DNA from: Haliotis rufescens
Taxonomy: Eukaryota
Reading direction: 5' to 3'
Length of the DNA: 64,000 nt
NCBI RefSeq assembly: GCF_023055435.1
Contig: NW_025963779.1
Location: 19,220,001-19,284,000, forward strand
The notes below the pieces were generated by a model. It had not been told where the DNA came from. It ran no database searches and worked only from the letters and a program-made list of their open reading frames with translations. Made by a program: the position numbers and the translations under genes. Shown here piece after piece: positions 36,301-49,077 of the stretch. Every line of letters begins with the position of its first letter. Position 1 is the stretch's first letter.

Positions 36301-39300
36301 CCCTGAAAAACCCATTCACGGCAGCTCTAAGGTCGTCATAGCGCTTTCCACGAAGGTGTTCTTTAAGTTTAGGAAACAGGTGGAAATCACTTGATGCAAG
36401 TCTGGCAAGTATGGAGGGTGAGGAAGCTCTTCGAACCAACATTGTCACACAGCAGCCTTTGCAAGTCGAGAGGTGTGAGAGTGAGTGAGTGAGTGAGTTG
36501 GGTTTAACCCCGCTTTTAACTTTCTAAGTAATCAACAAGGAGCACGCCCTTTGCATCCCAGAATACAGTGGCAATAACTTTCTTCTGATCGTAAAGACTT
36601 GAATTTCTATGGTGCGGGAGAAGTGGAATGCTGTCATTTCTTGGATTGACGTTATGACTCGGGATCATAGTGGTAGACCCATGTCTCATCATCCGTTACT
36701 AATCTCTTTTTTAATTTGACGCAATCCCCCCAATTAGCTTAGAACTTTTCTGGCAGTGTCAGATCCCTTTTTCCTTAAGATCAGAATTTAGAAACTTTGG
36801 CACCCAACGAGCAGATATCTTATTCATCTGTACATGTTCATGAATAATAGTTTCAATGGATCAATGACTTGGGCCTGTGTCTTCCTCAGGTCCAGCAAAG
36901 GTAATACGTCTGTCTAACATTATAAGTTTTCTATTTCTTTGGTTGAATTTTCATTGATGGAAGTTGGGGGCCGTTTGAAACAGACAACGGTTCATCATCA
37001 AGGATTGTTCTTCCAGCCTTAAACATAGCTGCCCAAAGTTCTTGGGGAGTACTTCTCTCTTAAGTAAAAAACTTGATGACGGCTCGGTACTGGCTGTATA
37101 CTGTTAAAAGCGGCGTTAAACCCAACTCACCCACTCACTCACTCAACTGGCTGTCACTAATACACACACGACCTCAACAGGCCATATACACTTGAACTAC
37201 TCAAACCATAAACACATGAACTACTCAAACAATATATTACACTGACTTATTCACTTTGTAATGGTCCATAGTTGAACTTTTTTAACAGCCCTCGTATAAT
37301 CGGAGATGTTTAGTTTCAGCTAAAGGAACTGCGTTGTTAGAACGAGTACATATTGACACACACTGTTGTTACCACGTCATGGTTTAGTAGTTGCTCTTCC
37401 TGATTGATTCGCTCATTACAAGTGCACGACGCTCCCCACTGCTGAACTGTAGGATAGGGACGGACGTCAGTGGACGTCGAACGGAAAGTTGCCGTCAATG
37501 TATCGTGAGGGAAATCGGAAATAAACACGTGCATACTAAACGTCATTTGGGTAATCTGAACATACAGAACGTATCGTCACATCCGAGATTTACACTTACT
37601 AAAGTGTAACAAGATACCAATTGTATAACTTAATTGATATGAATACATTATTACGGAGATAGCAGCAATGTGAAATCTTATGACATCTATCTGTCAGTTT
37701 ATTAAAGAGTGAATGAGTGGGTTTGAGTGGGCTCTGAACAGTATTCCAGTTATATCACGGCGTGTCAGCTTGATGTGGAGGAAAGCTCGAGGTGATGCAG
37801 ATGCCAGACGCCTACCACTTTGGTGAAACCCGCGAGAACGAGTGTATGGTAGTGACAAACCAAAAATCATAATGAGCCGACTCTGGGATTCGAACTCGAA
37901 ATCTTAGGTTTCTTGAACGCCTTCGGCACACAACTTTGCAGAGCTAATTGCAGCGCCTGTGATTACTGGGTCACCCGTGCATCTATTTATCAAACAGTAA
38001 ACCGATAAGTACTTGTGGCGTCAGGCATGATATATGATGTTTGATTGTATGTTCTTTAGTGACGCGGTCAACTGTATGTACCGTGATGTGAACGGTCGGC
38101 CAGTTCAGTTACCATGTAGATGATGAAACATTTCATTTGTCAGTGATTGACATGTATCAACTTGTATGTCATGTAGGTGTTGATTGACAGACATCAGGAG
38201 TACACATTCCATGTCACGTGATCACCCTGACCCAAAAAGGTCGATCACATTATAAACATGCCATAGTCAGTGAATTGTATAATGGTTCGCTTGTCCCAGT
38301 CCCAGTGACAATTATCCATGGTTTATCTGCACCAAGTGTTATATGTTTAGCACCTGCATCTTTTCCCTCCACGTATTATTTGTTTGTTTGTTTGTTGTTT
38401 AACGCCGCACTCAGCAATATTCCAGGTATATGACGGAAGTCTGTAAATAATCGAGTCTGGACCAGACAATCCAGTGAAAGACATCATAAGCATCGATCCA
38501 CGCAATTGGGATACGATGACATGCATCAACCAAGTCAGCGAACCAGACCACCCGATTTAGATAGTCGCCTCTCACGACAAGCATAGTCGCCTTTTACGGC
38601 AAGCATGGGTTGCTGAAGACCTATTCTACCCCGGATCTTCACGGGTACCCGTATTAAGCTGATAGACATGTGTTTATTGTCGTATCATATTATTATAACA
38701 TCTTTTAAATAACTCTAACTTTATGCCCAACCAGAAACATTATGACCAATAATCCACACTTTAGTGGGGCAGTGTTGCAACGATGGGGTTAGAGCCTATA
38801 TTCACCAAAGGGAAGAGGAAGAGCGCTACTGGAACTGTTAACACTATATTGGTCCTGAATAGTATGCGAACTATAGAGTGAGTCCCGTTTTATCACGGCG
38901 TGCTTAATGTGGGAGGAAACCCCGAAGTGATGCAGATATCAGACTTTAACCACTATGGCGAAACCCATGAGCACGGGTACGGTGCTGACAAACCTTGAAC
39001 CATTATCGGGGCGAACCGGGATTCGAACCCACGACCATAGGTTTCTGTCGTTGTCCAAGGTACTCAACTCTGCAGAGCCAATTTCAGCGCTTTTGAAGAC
39101 TGGGTCACCCGTGCATCTATTTTTGAAACAGTAAACCGAGAAGTACTTATGGCGTCTGGTGTTCGATGTTTGACTGTACGTTGTTTATTCCCGTGGTCAA
39201 CTGTATGTACCGGGATGCGAACGGTCAGCCGGTCAAATTCTCATTTGTCAGTGACTGACTGCTTGGCCTCTCGTGCCCCCGCGAACTATAGAGAGGGTGA

Positions 39301-42300
39301 TTAGTAAGTTTAAAACCAATCAACAGAAAGAAATGCTTCTCGGGAGTTGTCGCTTCACTTCTCAACCTTCACGCCCGGCCATTACTTGTCTTTACGTCTT
39401 TGCTCATGGTTGGTTGGTTTGTTGTTTAACGCCGCACTCAGCAATATTCCAGCTATATGACGGCGGTCTGTAAATAATCGAGTCTGGACCAGACAATCCA
39501 GTGAAAGACATCATGAGCATCGATCCACCCAATTGGGATACGATGACAAGCATCAACCAAGTCAGCGAGTCTGACCACCCGATCCCGTTAGTCGCCTCTT
39601 TCGACAAGCATAGTCGCCTTTTACGGCAAGCATGGGTTGCTGAAGACCTATTCTACCCCGGATCTTCACGGGTCTGATGCTCATAATGTCAATCACTGGA
39701 TTGTGTGGTCCAGGCTGGATTATTTACATGCAGCCGTCATAAAGCTGGAATATTGCTGAGTGCGACTTAATCAACAAAGAAAGAAAATCACAAGTTGGAC
39801 AGAAGCGCTGCATCTTCCCAAGGCAAGGGAGTTAACTGACTGTAAAAGTCAAGTTGGACATTATATAGTGAGTTAACTCCCTTGCCTCGGGAAGATGGTA
39901 GTGCTGCGATCATTCCTGAAAAGGGGGCCGGGGCCTAATTATAATCAAGTTTTTATGCTGACACAGCTTGACACAATGAGGCCCTGGTAAATGATAGAAT
40001 ATCATGTAATATGTTCTTCCTGTGTGTATTGACAGTGGACTGACCGGCCTATACTGTTCGCCCTGTATAGAAGCCTCGTGAGCCTCTACACTATCGGCGT
40101 GGTGGTGTACTCGGCCATCAACAATGAATACGGGGTGAAGATCTTCATCTGGCTGACGTACTGGTCATACTACATCCTGGCAACTGGCTTCCTCATCCGA
40201 GCTCTCACCGTGTGGCTTCATGTCTATGGACAGAAGGATAAAGGTGATTTATATCTCACACGCGCGTGTACGTGTATGTCTGTGTGTCTGTGTCTGTATG
40301 TGTGTGTCTGCTTGTACTAGTCCGGACTAATGCCGTTTTTATCATTTTTTGTTTTGTTTGTTCTTTAACGCCGCACTCAGTAGATAATCGTGTCTGGACC
40401 AGACAATCCAGTGATTGATATCATGAGCATCGATCCACGCAATTGGGATTCGATGACATGCATCAACCAAGTCAGCGAGCCGGAACACCCGATCCCGTTA
40501 CATTTTGGCTGGACTAACGAGTCTATGCATAGTCCAATCAAAATCAAGCACCGAAATTTAAATCCGGTTCGTAAACTGTAGTGCAGATTTCAATCGATTG
40601 CAGGATTTGCAAAGCATATGCACCACCAACTCGTTGTCAGCAGAGATTTTCCAAATCTTTTCATGTTTTTAATCAAGGTGCTCACCTGATTTGATGCATT
40701 TCGCGACGTAAGACCCGTTTTATCACAATATAGATCTTTATTATCGATCAGAACGTCCTGACTGGACGCCGCCATTTTGTTTGAAGCAAATGCAAGTGAT
40801 ACGAGAGATGGAATCTGATTGGTCAACAGGGGAGGCTTAGAAGGGACATAACTGGTAATAGCCACTGGTGGCGCTGCGATCGAGCTCAGTAATTCCAGCC
40901 TAATTCTGCAAGGGTGGAAACTGGACTTTTATAGTCAGTGAACTCATTTGCCTCGGGAAGATGCAGTATACTGACTCCGTGCCGACCAGCCCTTGTTTTA
41001 GCCTCTTAATGCCGAGCGCCAGCCAGGGTAACAACAAGTACCATCTATTAACGTCTTCTGGTATGACTCTGGGCGGACGCCCTACCACGTGAGGTGTGTA
41101 AAGGAAAGGAGTTGACGCTATTTAAATGGGGAATCAGTTTTAATGGGCTCTATCAGTAATGTTAGCAAGGTCCGGAGAAGCCCAACCTATGTGATCTCGT
41201 GACCATTCCTCCATTCCCATAGGGCACAGTGACACGCCCATGCTGACACCAGTCGATTGTCTCCCCTGATCCTCTCCCAACCATGGTCCACGGTCACCTG
41301 TTGACGTTCGTTCGACGAACAGTTTTATTCCAAGCATAAACACACAACTTGAGTTAAATTTCTCCTTCCCACAGATCGTCTGCGTCTGCCGGACCGACTA
41401 TTACAATTACAGTGGGTATTACAGACGCTGACGTGTGCAGCAGCCCCAATAGTGTCTGTGCTCTTCTGGACGGTGGAGTATCAAGGTAAATATTCTCCAT
41501 TTACATTTGGCGCACCATTGAAAGTCAAGGTTCGTGTTGTGAATCAGTCACTGGGTCGCTGTGGCCCAGTGGCATAGACGTACGACAGTCATAATGATCA
41601 GATCGCTTTCTGGGACTGGCGGTTGGTCCGACACAGATGAAAGTTCCCAACACAGTGGATACCATTTTTCCAAAGTAAATTGTGTGAATGGCGGGTGCTG
41701 CCGGTAGAGAAGGACCTGCTTACCCTTTTCGCGAACACCTGGTGTCATCACTGATTTTCAGTGATCCATTCATATAATTGTCACCACTATTTTGCCTTTA
41801 ACGCCCAATGGAATCTGTTTCGGCGGATAATCGAGACTGGTTACTCTTTGGCGTAATTGTTTAATTTATATTTACAATGTTTTGACATTTATCGCCGTGA
41901 GCCATATATAACATCGACGTATAAAGTTTGGTTGTTTTGGATTTTTGATCAGCCATTATCTCAGGTCGGTTAGTTACTAGTGTTTTTAAATCAATAATTG
42001 TTTTACTATCTTTATATCTCCACCTTCTGTTCCAGGTGGAGGCGTGGACTTCAAGAGCGCCAACACCCATGCCATCAACCTCACCCTTGTTGTCGTCGAC
42101 TTGTTTATATCTCGCTATCCAATCAGAATTCACCATTTCTACGTTAGTATGTGCCTATTCACGACCTACTCTGCGTTCACCGCCATCTACTGGTCGACAG
42201 GGGGAACTAACCACCTGGGTCGCCCCTATGTGTATTCTGTCCTTAACTACTCGGAGGACCCTGGCTTTGCTATGATATTCGTGTTCTCGGTGACGCTAGC

Positions 42301-42442
42301 AGCGGCCCCCTTCGTCCACTGCCTCATGTACGGGCTGTACAGGCTCCGCGTGGCCTTGTGGAACAGATGTTGCGGCGCAGGAGAGGCTATCCCGGAGACG
42401 TTGATAGCCCTTACAACCCAGTCGTCCGCCACCGATGTCTGA
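33361..42442 (+). CDS. Protein rolling stone-like (FAR-17a/AIG1 superfamily) multi-pass membrane protein, 273 aa. Exons 33361-33456, 40036-40243, 41375-41485, 42036-42442
   Basis: FGF...FVLSQ|W start, IWLTYWSY, LQWVLQ...IVSVLFW, THAIN...VDLFISRYPIRIHHF, GGTNHLGRPYVYSVLNY...P motifs characteristic of rolling-stone proteins. Phases 0/1/1 chain to 822 nt. Confidence 0.92.
35755..36048. mobile_element. PIF/Harbinger-type MITE with internal poly-G
   Basis: TIR gggagcattt / aaatgctccc flanked by TAA on both sides. Confidence 0.7.
36139..37294 (-). mobile_element. Decayed mariner transposon
   Basis: TA-cgagggctg ... cagccctcg-TA ends; C-terminal remnant LASSDFHLFPKLKEHLRGKRY...GIEKL...EKCIEKQGDYVEK; internal SINE tail fragments. 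Confidence 0.9.
37708..37980 (-). mobile_element. SINE family C, diverged (sister copy 38878-39115)
   Basis: Similarity to 28158-28443. Confidence 0.8.
38379..38646 (-). mobile_element. SINE-like family B, full length
   Basis: TSD cgtatta; canonical body. Confidence 0.9.
39407..39785. mobile_element. Family B full copy (39407-39673, -) adjoining an older opposite-strand 3' fragment (39676-39785, +)
   Basis: TSD tgctcat; the inverted partial body follows. Confidence 0.85.
39811..39897. mobile_element. 87-bp TIR-only derivative of the 9-bp-TSD element
   Basis: catcttcccaaggcaagggagttaact ... agttaactcccttgcctcgggaagatg; TSD gaagcgctg / gtagtgctg. Confidence 0.85.
40345..41088. mobile_element. 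Nested cluster: family B fragment (40345-40500), one-ended 9-bp-TSD element (~40501-40963), SINE D fragment (40964-41088)
   Basis: Direct similarity to the other copies in the window. Confidence 0.8.
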
Positions 42443-42834
42443 ATATTTATGTGTCTTCATTTGACTCTTGATCAAAAGTTGTTTGATCAAAAAATGTTTC
42501 ATAAGGGGGTTACAACATTCGTGGAATTAGTAAAGCTTTCAAAAAATACGGGATAACCTCACCTTTTTGCGAACACCTGATATCATCACTATTTGACTGT
42601 GATTCATAAAAAACGAGCCTATGATAGATATACATAGTCGGAATCGCACAATGGACTAGACTCTAACAATATAGGATGTATTAAATACCTTGATACTCAT
42701 TTCAAACCCGTGTTCCGGTTAAGTGACGTTTGTAATATCAAAGTTGACGTCATAGGGAAAAAACATTGAAACTGACGTGTTCCAAATCATGATTCACAGC
42801 AAATGCATCGAAAGGGCTGGTCTTTAATGATTTC

Positions 42835-43090
42835 GGGGGCACGGGTGGCCCAGTCGTCCAAGGCGCCGTGATTTGCTGTGCAGAGTTGCGTCCCTTTTGG
42901 CACGCTAGAAACCTATGATTGTGGGTTCGAATCCCGGTTCGCCCAGATTATGTTTCTAGGTTTGTCAGCACCATGCCCGTGCTCGTGGGTTTCACCGAAG
43001 TGGTAAACGTCTGAGACCTGCATCCCTTCGGACTTTCCTCCCACATTAAACTGTAATATTGTTAAAAGCGGCGTTAAACCCAACTCACTC
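42835..43090 (+). mobile_element. SINE family C
   Basis: A box 42846-42856, B box 42924-42934, tail gcggcgttaaacccaactcactc. Confidence 0.9.
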
Positions 43091-43840
43091 AAATTTCAAA
43101 TTAGAGGCAACAATTGACTCAGTTATGTAGATAATTGGAAAGTCTTTTCAACTTAGAGACAATCTGAAGAAAATACTGCACTTATTCTCGTCAGATACAA
43201 TTATATTTTTAGGAAACGAGTGGAGTTTCTATGGTAACTGACCGAGCGAAAGCCAAGAGACAGGTGATGAGATAATAAACCCGTACGTCATATGTGTGTC
43301 ATACAAGGTTGAACTCATTTAATCCGTTTTGATTGGATAACCTTGACTTCGCTGAGGTCACACATGAAAGCTCATGCTGCAACTTCTACATAAACATTCA
43401 TAAACAATAACGATATATTTTTGACAATTTAACACTTTATTAAAACAAACAAGCTCGTCACATATTCGTCATGCATTCTATATTAGTTGCGCGTTGAACC
43501 CAACTCACCCACCCATTAACTATATTAATTATGCATAGGTATACTATAGACATTATATAAAACTAGCTACATACATCTGCCATGTATACTGCCGGAAGAA
43601 TGTAACTGTATAAAGTTCAATAAATATATATTTATTTTGATAGTAAATTTATGAGGATTTTAAGGTTGTCATTCACAGTTTGTACCAGCATGTTATTGCA
43701 CGCCGTACAATTTGGATTTTAGAGTGTTTGTGTGGAGCATGATACTAGCTCACACACGTGGCTTCATAATGTGAACTGCACAAAATGATTGTTTAGCTAT
43801 TTTTACCCATTGTTGTTTAGCCGTAGATACCGCTTACAGA

Positions 43841-44930
43841 ATGCCACGGCTTGCTGGAAATCAGCGCTGTGGGTATGCTGCAAACAGAAATGGCACAAAA
43901 AGAAGTTGCTAGACATTTTAATGTTCATCTGAACACAATTTTATCTTTTTGGAGACGATATCTACAGCAGAGTAACACTCAGGACTTGTCACGGGCCGGG
44001 CGACCACGCGTGACGTCACGTCAACTAGACAACCATATTCGGTTGGTGCATCTACGGTTTCGAAACAATACTGCCACATTAACTGCTCGGACAATTCCTG
44101 GGTTGGGAGCAATTAGTGGTAGAACCGTCCGCAACCGGTTGTAACAGAGTTTTTGAGGCAGTAGAACATTGCTATACTGCCATGGCCGACTGTTTCTCAA
44201 GACCTCTCCCCCATTGAACATGTCTCATCCTCTCGAGGCAAGGGAGTTTACTGACTGTCAAAGTCCAGTTTCCACCCTTGCCGAACTTGGCTGGAATTTC
44301 TGGGCTCGACCGTGGCGCCACCAGTGGCTATTACGGGTTATATTCCTTCTATGCCCTCCTATTCCTCCAATCAGATTCCACCTCTCATATCACTTGCATT
44401 TGCTTCAAACAAAATGGGGGCGCTCAGTGAAGACGATCTGATCGATGACCAAGATCTATATTGTAATAAAACGGGTTTTAATTCGCGAAGTGCAACAAAT
44501 AACGTGAGCACCTTGATTAAAAACATGAACAGATTTGGAAAATATCTGTTGACGGTACACATGCTGTGCAAATCCTGCAATCGATCGAAATATGCATGGC
44601 AGTTTACGAACCGGATGTCGATTTCGTAACGCGATTTTGATTAGACTATGCATAGACCCGTTAGTCGAGCCTAAATATAACCCCATAATTCCAGTCTAGT
44701 TCGGCAAGGGTGAAAACTGGACTTTAATGGTCAGGTAACTCCCTTGCCAAGGGAAGATGAAGATGTCTGTGAAGAGAAGGATCGACGCCTACGACAGGAC
44801 CAGAACCAGACGGGCCAATCTTCAATTGACATTTGGAACATTCCCCAGGCTGTTTTCAATGAAATAGTGTCTTCAGTGCGCCGCCGTTGCCTCGCCTGTA
44901 TCAACGCAAATGGTGGTCACACCCCTATTG
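43841..44930 (+). pseudogene. Tc1-type transposase pseudogene with internal deletion, interrupted by a MITE
   Basis: MPRL...AVGMLQ...VARHFNVH...GRPRVTS...TVRNRL (HTH region); LPWPTVSQDLSPIEHV (SPDLNPIE motif); IPQ...SVRRRCLACINANGGHT C-terminus. Confidence 0.9.
44226..44759. mobile_element. 534-bp copy of the 9-bp-TSD TIR element
   Basis: ~60-bp TIRs; TSD aacatgtct / aagatgtct. Confidence 0.9.
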
Positions 44931-45317
44931 ACATTGTTTTTAGGGCGTGTCGCTTTGTCTCCTGTTATGGGTTTTATCAATGAATTTGGTCTTTCGCGAC
45001 ACTCAGTTTGATTTGTGTAAAGCGTTCAGCTTGACGAAATGAAGTCAGATTAAAATATTTGTACTGATGTCTAGGCCTACGTTGGATAATTCGACTGTGC
45101 CATCAGTGTCCCCTTTGAAGCGAATTTTGCGGCACTGTTTCCGAAAGTTTGTTGGTTGTTACACCACACTCCAGCTCTGTGAGAGTGGTCTGTAAATAAT
45201 CTCTTTCTAGGGACCAAACAAACGGAGATAATGAAAAGGGAGATATAAGTTTGAATGATATTTCAAGCTAACAACTTATTATCAAAAACTCACAATCGCC
45301 ATCTGGTTATTTGTACA

Positions 45318-45707
45318 TGTTTGTTTGTATGTTTGTTGTTTAACGCCACACTTGGCAGTATTCCAGCTATATGATGGCTGTCTGTAAATAATCGAATCTG
45401 GACCAGACAATCCAGTAAATGACATCATGATCATCGATACACGCAACTGGGTTACGATGACATACATCAACCAAGTCGGTGACTTGACAACCCGAACCCG
45501 TTAGTCGCCTCATACTACAAGCATAGTCACCTTTTACCGCAGGCATGGGTTGCTGAAGACCTATTCTAGCCCGGATCTTCACGGGTCGGTAACAATAAGT
45601 ATAAGAACCATGGTTTAACGTCTTTTGGCATGACGAGGCCGGGTATCGAACCACCGACCTTTCGCTCCCCGGGCTGACGCTCTACCACTAGACCACAGAG
45701 GCGGTCC
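45318..45707 (-). mobile_element. Family B full copy (45318-45587) and SINE D head (45612-45707)
   Basis: Similarity to the other copies; A/B boxes in the D head. Confidence 0.85.
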
Positions 45708-46004
45708 TCTGAGCTCTGTACGTGTAGAGACTGGTTATGAGACACGAAGGTCTGAACATATTATGACAGGTCGTGAGATCTGGAGGCAGAGAGATCCGTG
45801 ACCTTATTAACCTCTGTGCGGGATGTAGAGCGCAAGGCCAAAAGCGTCAGTGTAATTACCCCTAGGGACACACATGAATATTCAGTGTCCTCTGACCTCT
45901 TCTATATGTATGACGCCGGTGTGCAAACAACTGCATTCCTAAATCATAGACCTGAGGGTTGTGGGTAGGACTTGGCTTCCGCAGATGAAGTTTTGTGTGG
46001 CGTA

Positions 46005-46382
46005 ATGGCTTTATTTCTTGTCAGGACATACCAAGGCGTGGTGGCCTTGTTGGTTGTCAGAACATACCAAGGTGGGGTGGCCTTGTTGGTTGTCAGAACA
46101 TACCAAGGCGTGGTGGCCTTGTTGGTTGTCAGAACATACCAAGGTGGGGTGGCCTTGTTGGTTGTCAGAACATACCAAGGCGTGGTGGCCTTGTTGGTTG
46201 TCAGGACATACCAAGGCGTGGTGGCCTTGTTGGTTGTCAGGACATACCAAGACATGATGGCCTTATTGCTTGTCGGGACATACCAAGACGTGATGGCCTT
46301 ATTGCTTGTCAGGACATACCAAGACGTGATGGCCTTATCGCTTCTCAGGACATACCAAGGCGCGATGGCTTTATTGCCTGTT
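46005..46382. repeat. 39-bp minisatellite, ~9-10 copies
   Basis: Unit ttgtcaggacataccaaggcgtggtggccttgttgg-type; 13-aa periodicity in the ORF track. Confidence 0.95.
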
Positions 46383-47509
46383 ATTTGCGAAACCGTTTAA
46401 AATAAATTAATTGCAGAGAATGTTAAATTTGTGGTTCGAAATCTTTTCTAAATATCCCAAAACATGGAATCTAAAATAACGATTTGAAATCGACGAATCA
46501 CACATTGTGTTGTTTCATTTGTAGAATTACAAATCTACTTCGTAATCGGTTAAAGAAAACTTGGAAGGTAGAACATACTCTTTTCGAATAAACTTACAGT
46601 GAATTCTATCCCTTGAAAATAACTTCCACGACCAAAAGGATCTCTGACCCGATTCTGTCATGTTGAGGGTCGGACAATGATGATGCACATGACGAGACAT
46701 GGGTTAACGTGCATAGTGACGAGAGAACACTGTTTGATTCATAAACACGACCGTCGTGCTCGTGATACAATCGGAATCGTACAATCGAGATTTCTTGTGG
46801 CTTTAAAGTGTTTTATCGCTTTTATTAACTTGCATAGAGACGAGAGAACGCGGTAGTATTCAACTTTGCAGTTGCTGCAGATAACGCTCACTGTGCCTTA
46901 TTGGTGTAATCCTGCGAAATACAAGAATGTAGAATAAATGTATTGAGGAGGGAGTTGACTTTTCCCACGTTTAGCACAGTTATTCCAACCATACTGAAAC
47001 AAATGGGTTTCACGCATTATGCCTACATTGAAAGTATAACCCAGTACTGTGTAAGTATTGCAACATAAACTGACGGGGAAAAGAAAGTATGCTCTTGAAA
47101 ATTGTTTTTGACCAAACAATTATAACCGTTATCAAAACGTCACTAGGCTAAAACAGTCGCCGAAACACTTCATACTTAAGGTCCAAAACACAACTAGGAT
47201 ACCCGTATCAAATACATCACCGTCAAATAACCATTTCACCATCAAACATGCGTGTATACTTTCTTTTGCCTGGCAGTTTATATATCGCTCAGTCTCACAG
47301 ATAGCCATCGATTGTATTTGATTATTCTAAATTCACGTGAAACATTCAATAACTCACCATGACAAGACACATGTTTCTAGTGTTATTTTATTTTATGGAA
47401 ATGTTTATTAGCCAACTGTTGGGGTTTGTATGTGTTTGGTAATACCAAGGTAATATTGCCTCATCGCGCCATGTGACTGCAGCAGCTGCGACGTCCATAA
47501 CCCGTTCGC

Positions 47510-48706
47510 CATGAACTGAAGTATGTCTCCATGCACTGGAGTATGTCTCCATGCACTGTCGTATGTCTCCATGCACTGACGTTTGACTCCATGCACTGAC
47601 GTATGTCTCCATGAACTGACGTATGTCTCCATGTACTAAAGTATGTCTCCATGCACTGAAGCATGTCTCCATGCACTGAAGTATGTCTCCATGCACTGAA
47701 GTATGTCTCCATACACTGACGTATTTCTCCATACACTGAAGTATGTCTCCGTGCACTGAAGTATGTCTCCATGCACTGAAGTATGTCTCCGTGCACTGAA
47801 GTATGTCTCCGTGCACTGAAGTATGTCTCCATGCACTGAAGCATGTCTCCATGCACTGAAGTATGTCTCCATGCACTGAAGTTTGTCTCCATACACTGAC
47901 GTATTTCTCCATGCACTGAAGTATGTCTCCGTGCACTGAAGTATGTCTCCATGCACTGAAGTATGTCTCCATACACCAACGTATGTATCCATGCACTGAA
48001 GTTTGTCTCCATACACTGAAGTATTTCTCCATGCACTGAAGTATGTCTCCATGCACTGAAGTATGTCTCCATGCACTGAAGTATGTCCCCATGTACTGAA
48101 GTATGTCTCCATGCACTGAAGTATGTCTCCATGCACTGAAGTATGTCTCCATACACTAACGTATGTATCCATGCACTGAAGTTTGTCTCCATACACTGAC
48201 GTATTTCTCCATGCACTGAAGTATGTCTCCGTGCACTGAAGTATGTCTCCATGCACTGAAATATGTCTCCATGCACTGAAGTATGTCTCCATACACTAAC
48301 GTATGTCTCCATGCACTGAAGTATGTCTACATACACTGACGTATGTCTCCATGCACTGAAGTATGTCTCCATACACTGAAATATGTCTCCATGCACTGAG
48401 GTATGTTTCCACGTGAGTAAGTTTCCATGCACTGAAGTAAACTTCAGTGCCTGGAGACATACTTCAGTGCCTGGAGACATACTTCACTGCATGGAGACAT
48501 ACTTCACTGCATGGAGACATACTTCACTGCATGGAGACATACTTCAGTGCACGGAGACATACTTCAGTGCACGGAGACATACTTCAGTGCATGGAAACTT
48601 CCTCACGTGGAGACATACGAGTACTTATGTCTCCATGCACTGACGTATGTCTCCATGCACTGAAGTATGTCTCCATGCACTGAAGTATGTCTCCGTGCAC
48701 TGAAGA
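47510..48706. repeat. 20-bp minisatellite (~58 units) with an internal inverted block 48441-48618
   Basis: Unit atgcactgaagtatgtctcc; reverse-complement units acttcagtgcatggagacat in the inverted block. Confidence 0.97.
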
Positions 48707-49077
48707 ATGCCATATAGTACAGCGGCGTCGACTACAAACACGTACAATATTTAAATCGCATGACGTTTTGTTGTAGGGTTATTCATAAAGAAACACATTG
48801 ATGTCTCCCTCGACCCTGCTTGATACAGTTCGTGCGTGTTGGAATCCTCCCCCTGTACCTGACATTACACGCATGAGTGTCGAGGCTTGCTTAATGTATC
48901 CTGTGATAGGGCAGACTTAAACGCACTCAACCAGGAAACGCACTCAGATCATGATGCAGGTCTCACCGCTCGGTAGTCGGGATGTTTACCACGTGGAGGT
49001 GAATATCATTGCACCTATATATAGCGACATGCATACACGATTGTGCGCGCGTGTGTTTGTTTGTCCGTCTGTGTGTC

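Noticed and set aside
45944-46405. ORFs open in five frames
   Set aside because: 39-bp minisatellite; no splice or homology support.
47388-48683. Overlapping 200-340-aa ORFs in several frames
   Set aside because: Products of a stop-poor 20-bp repeat.
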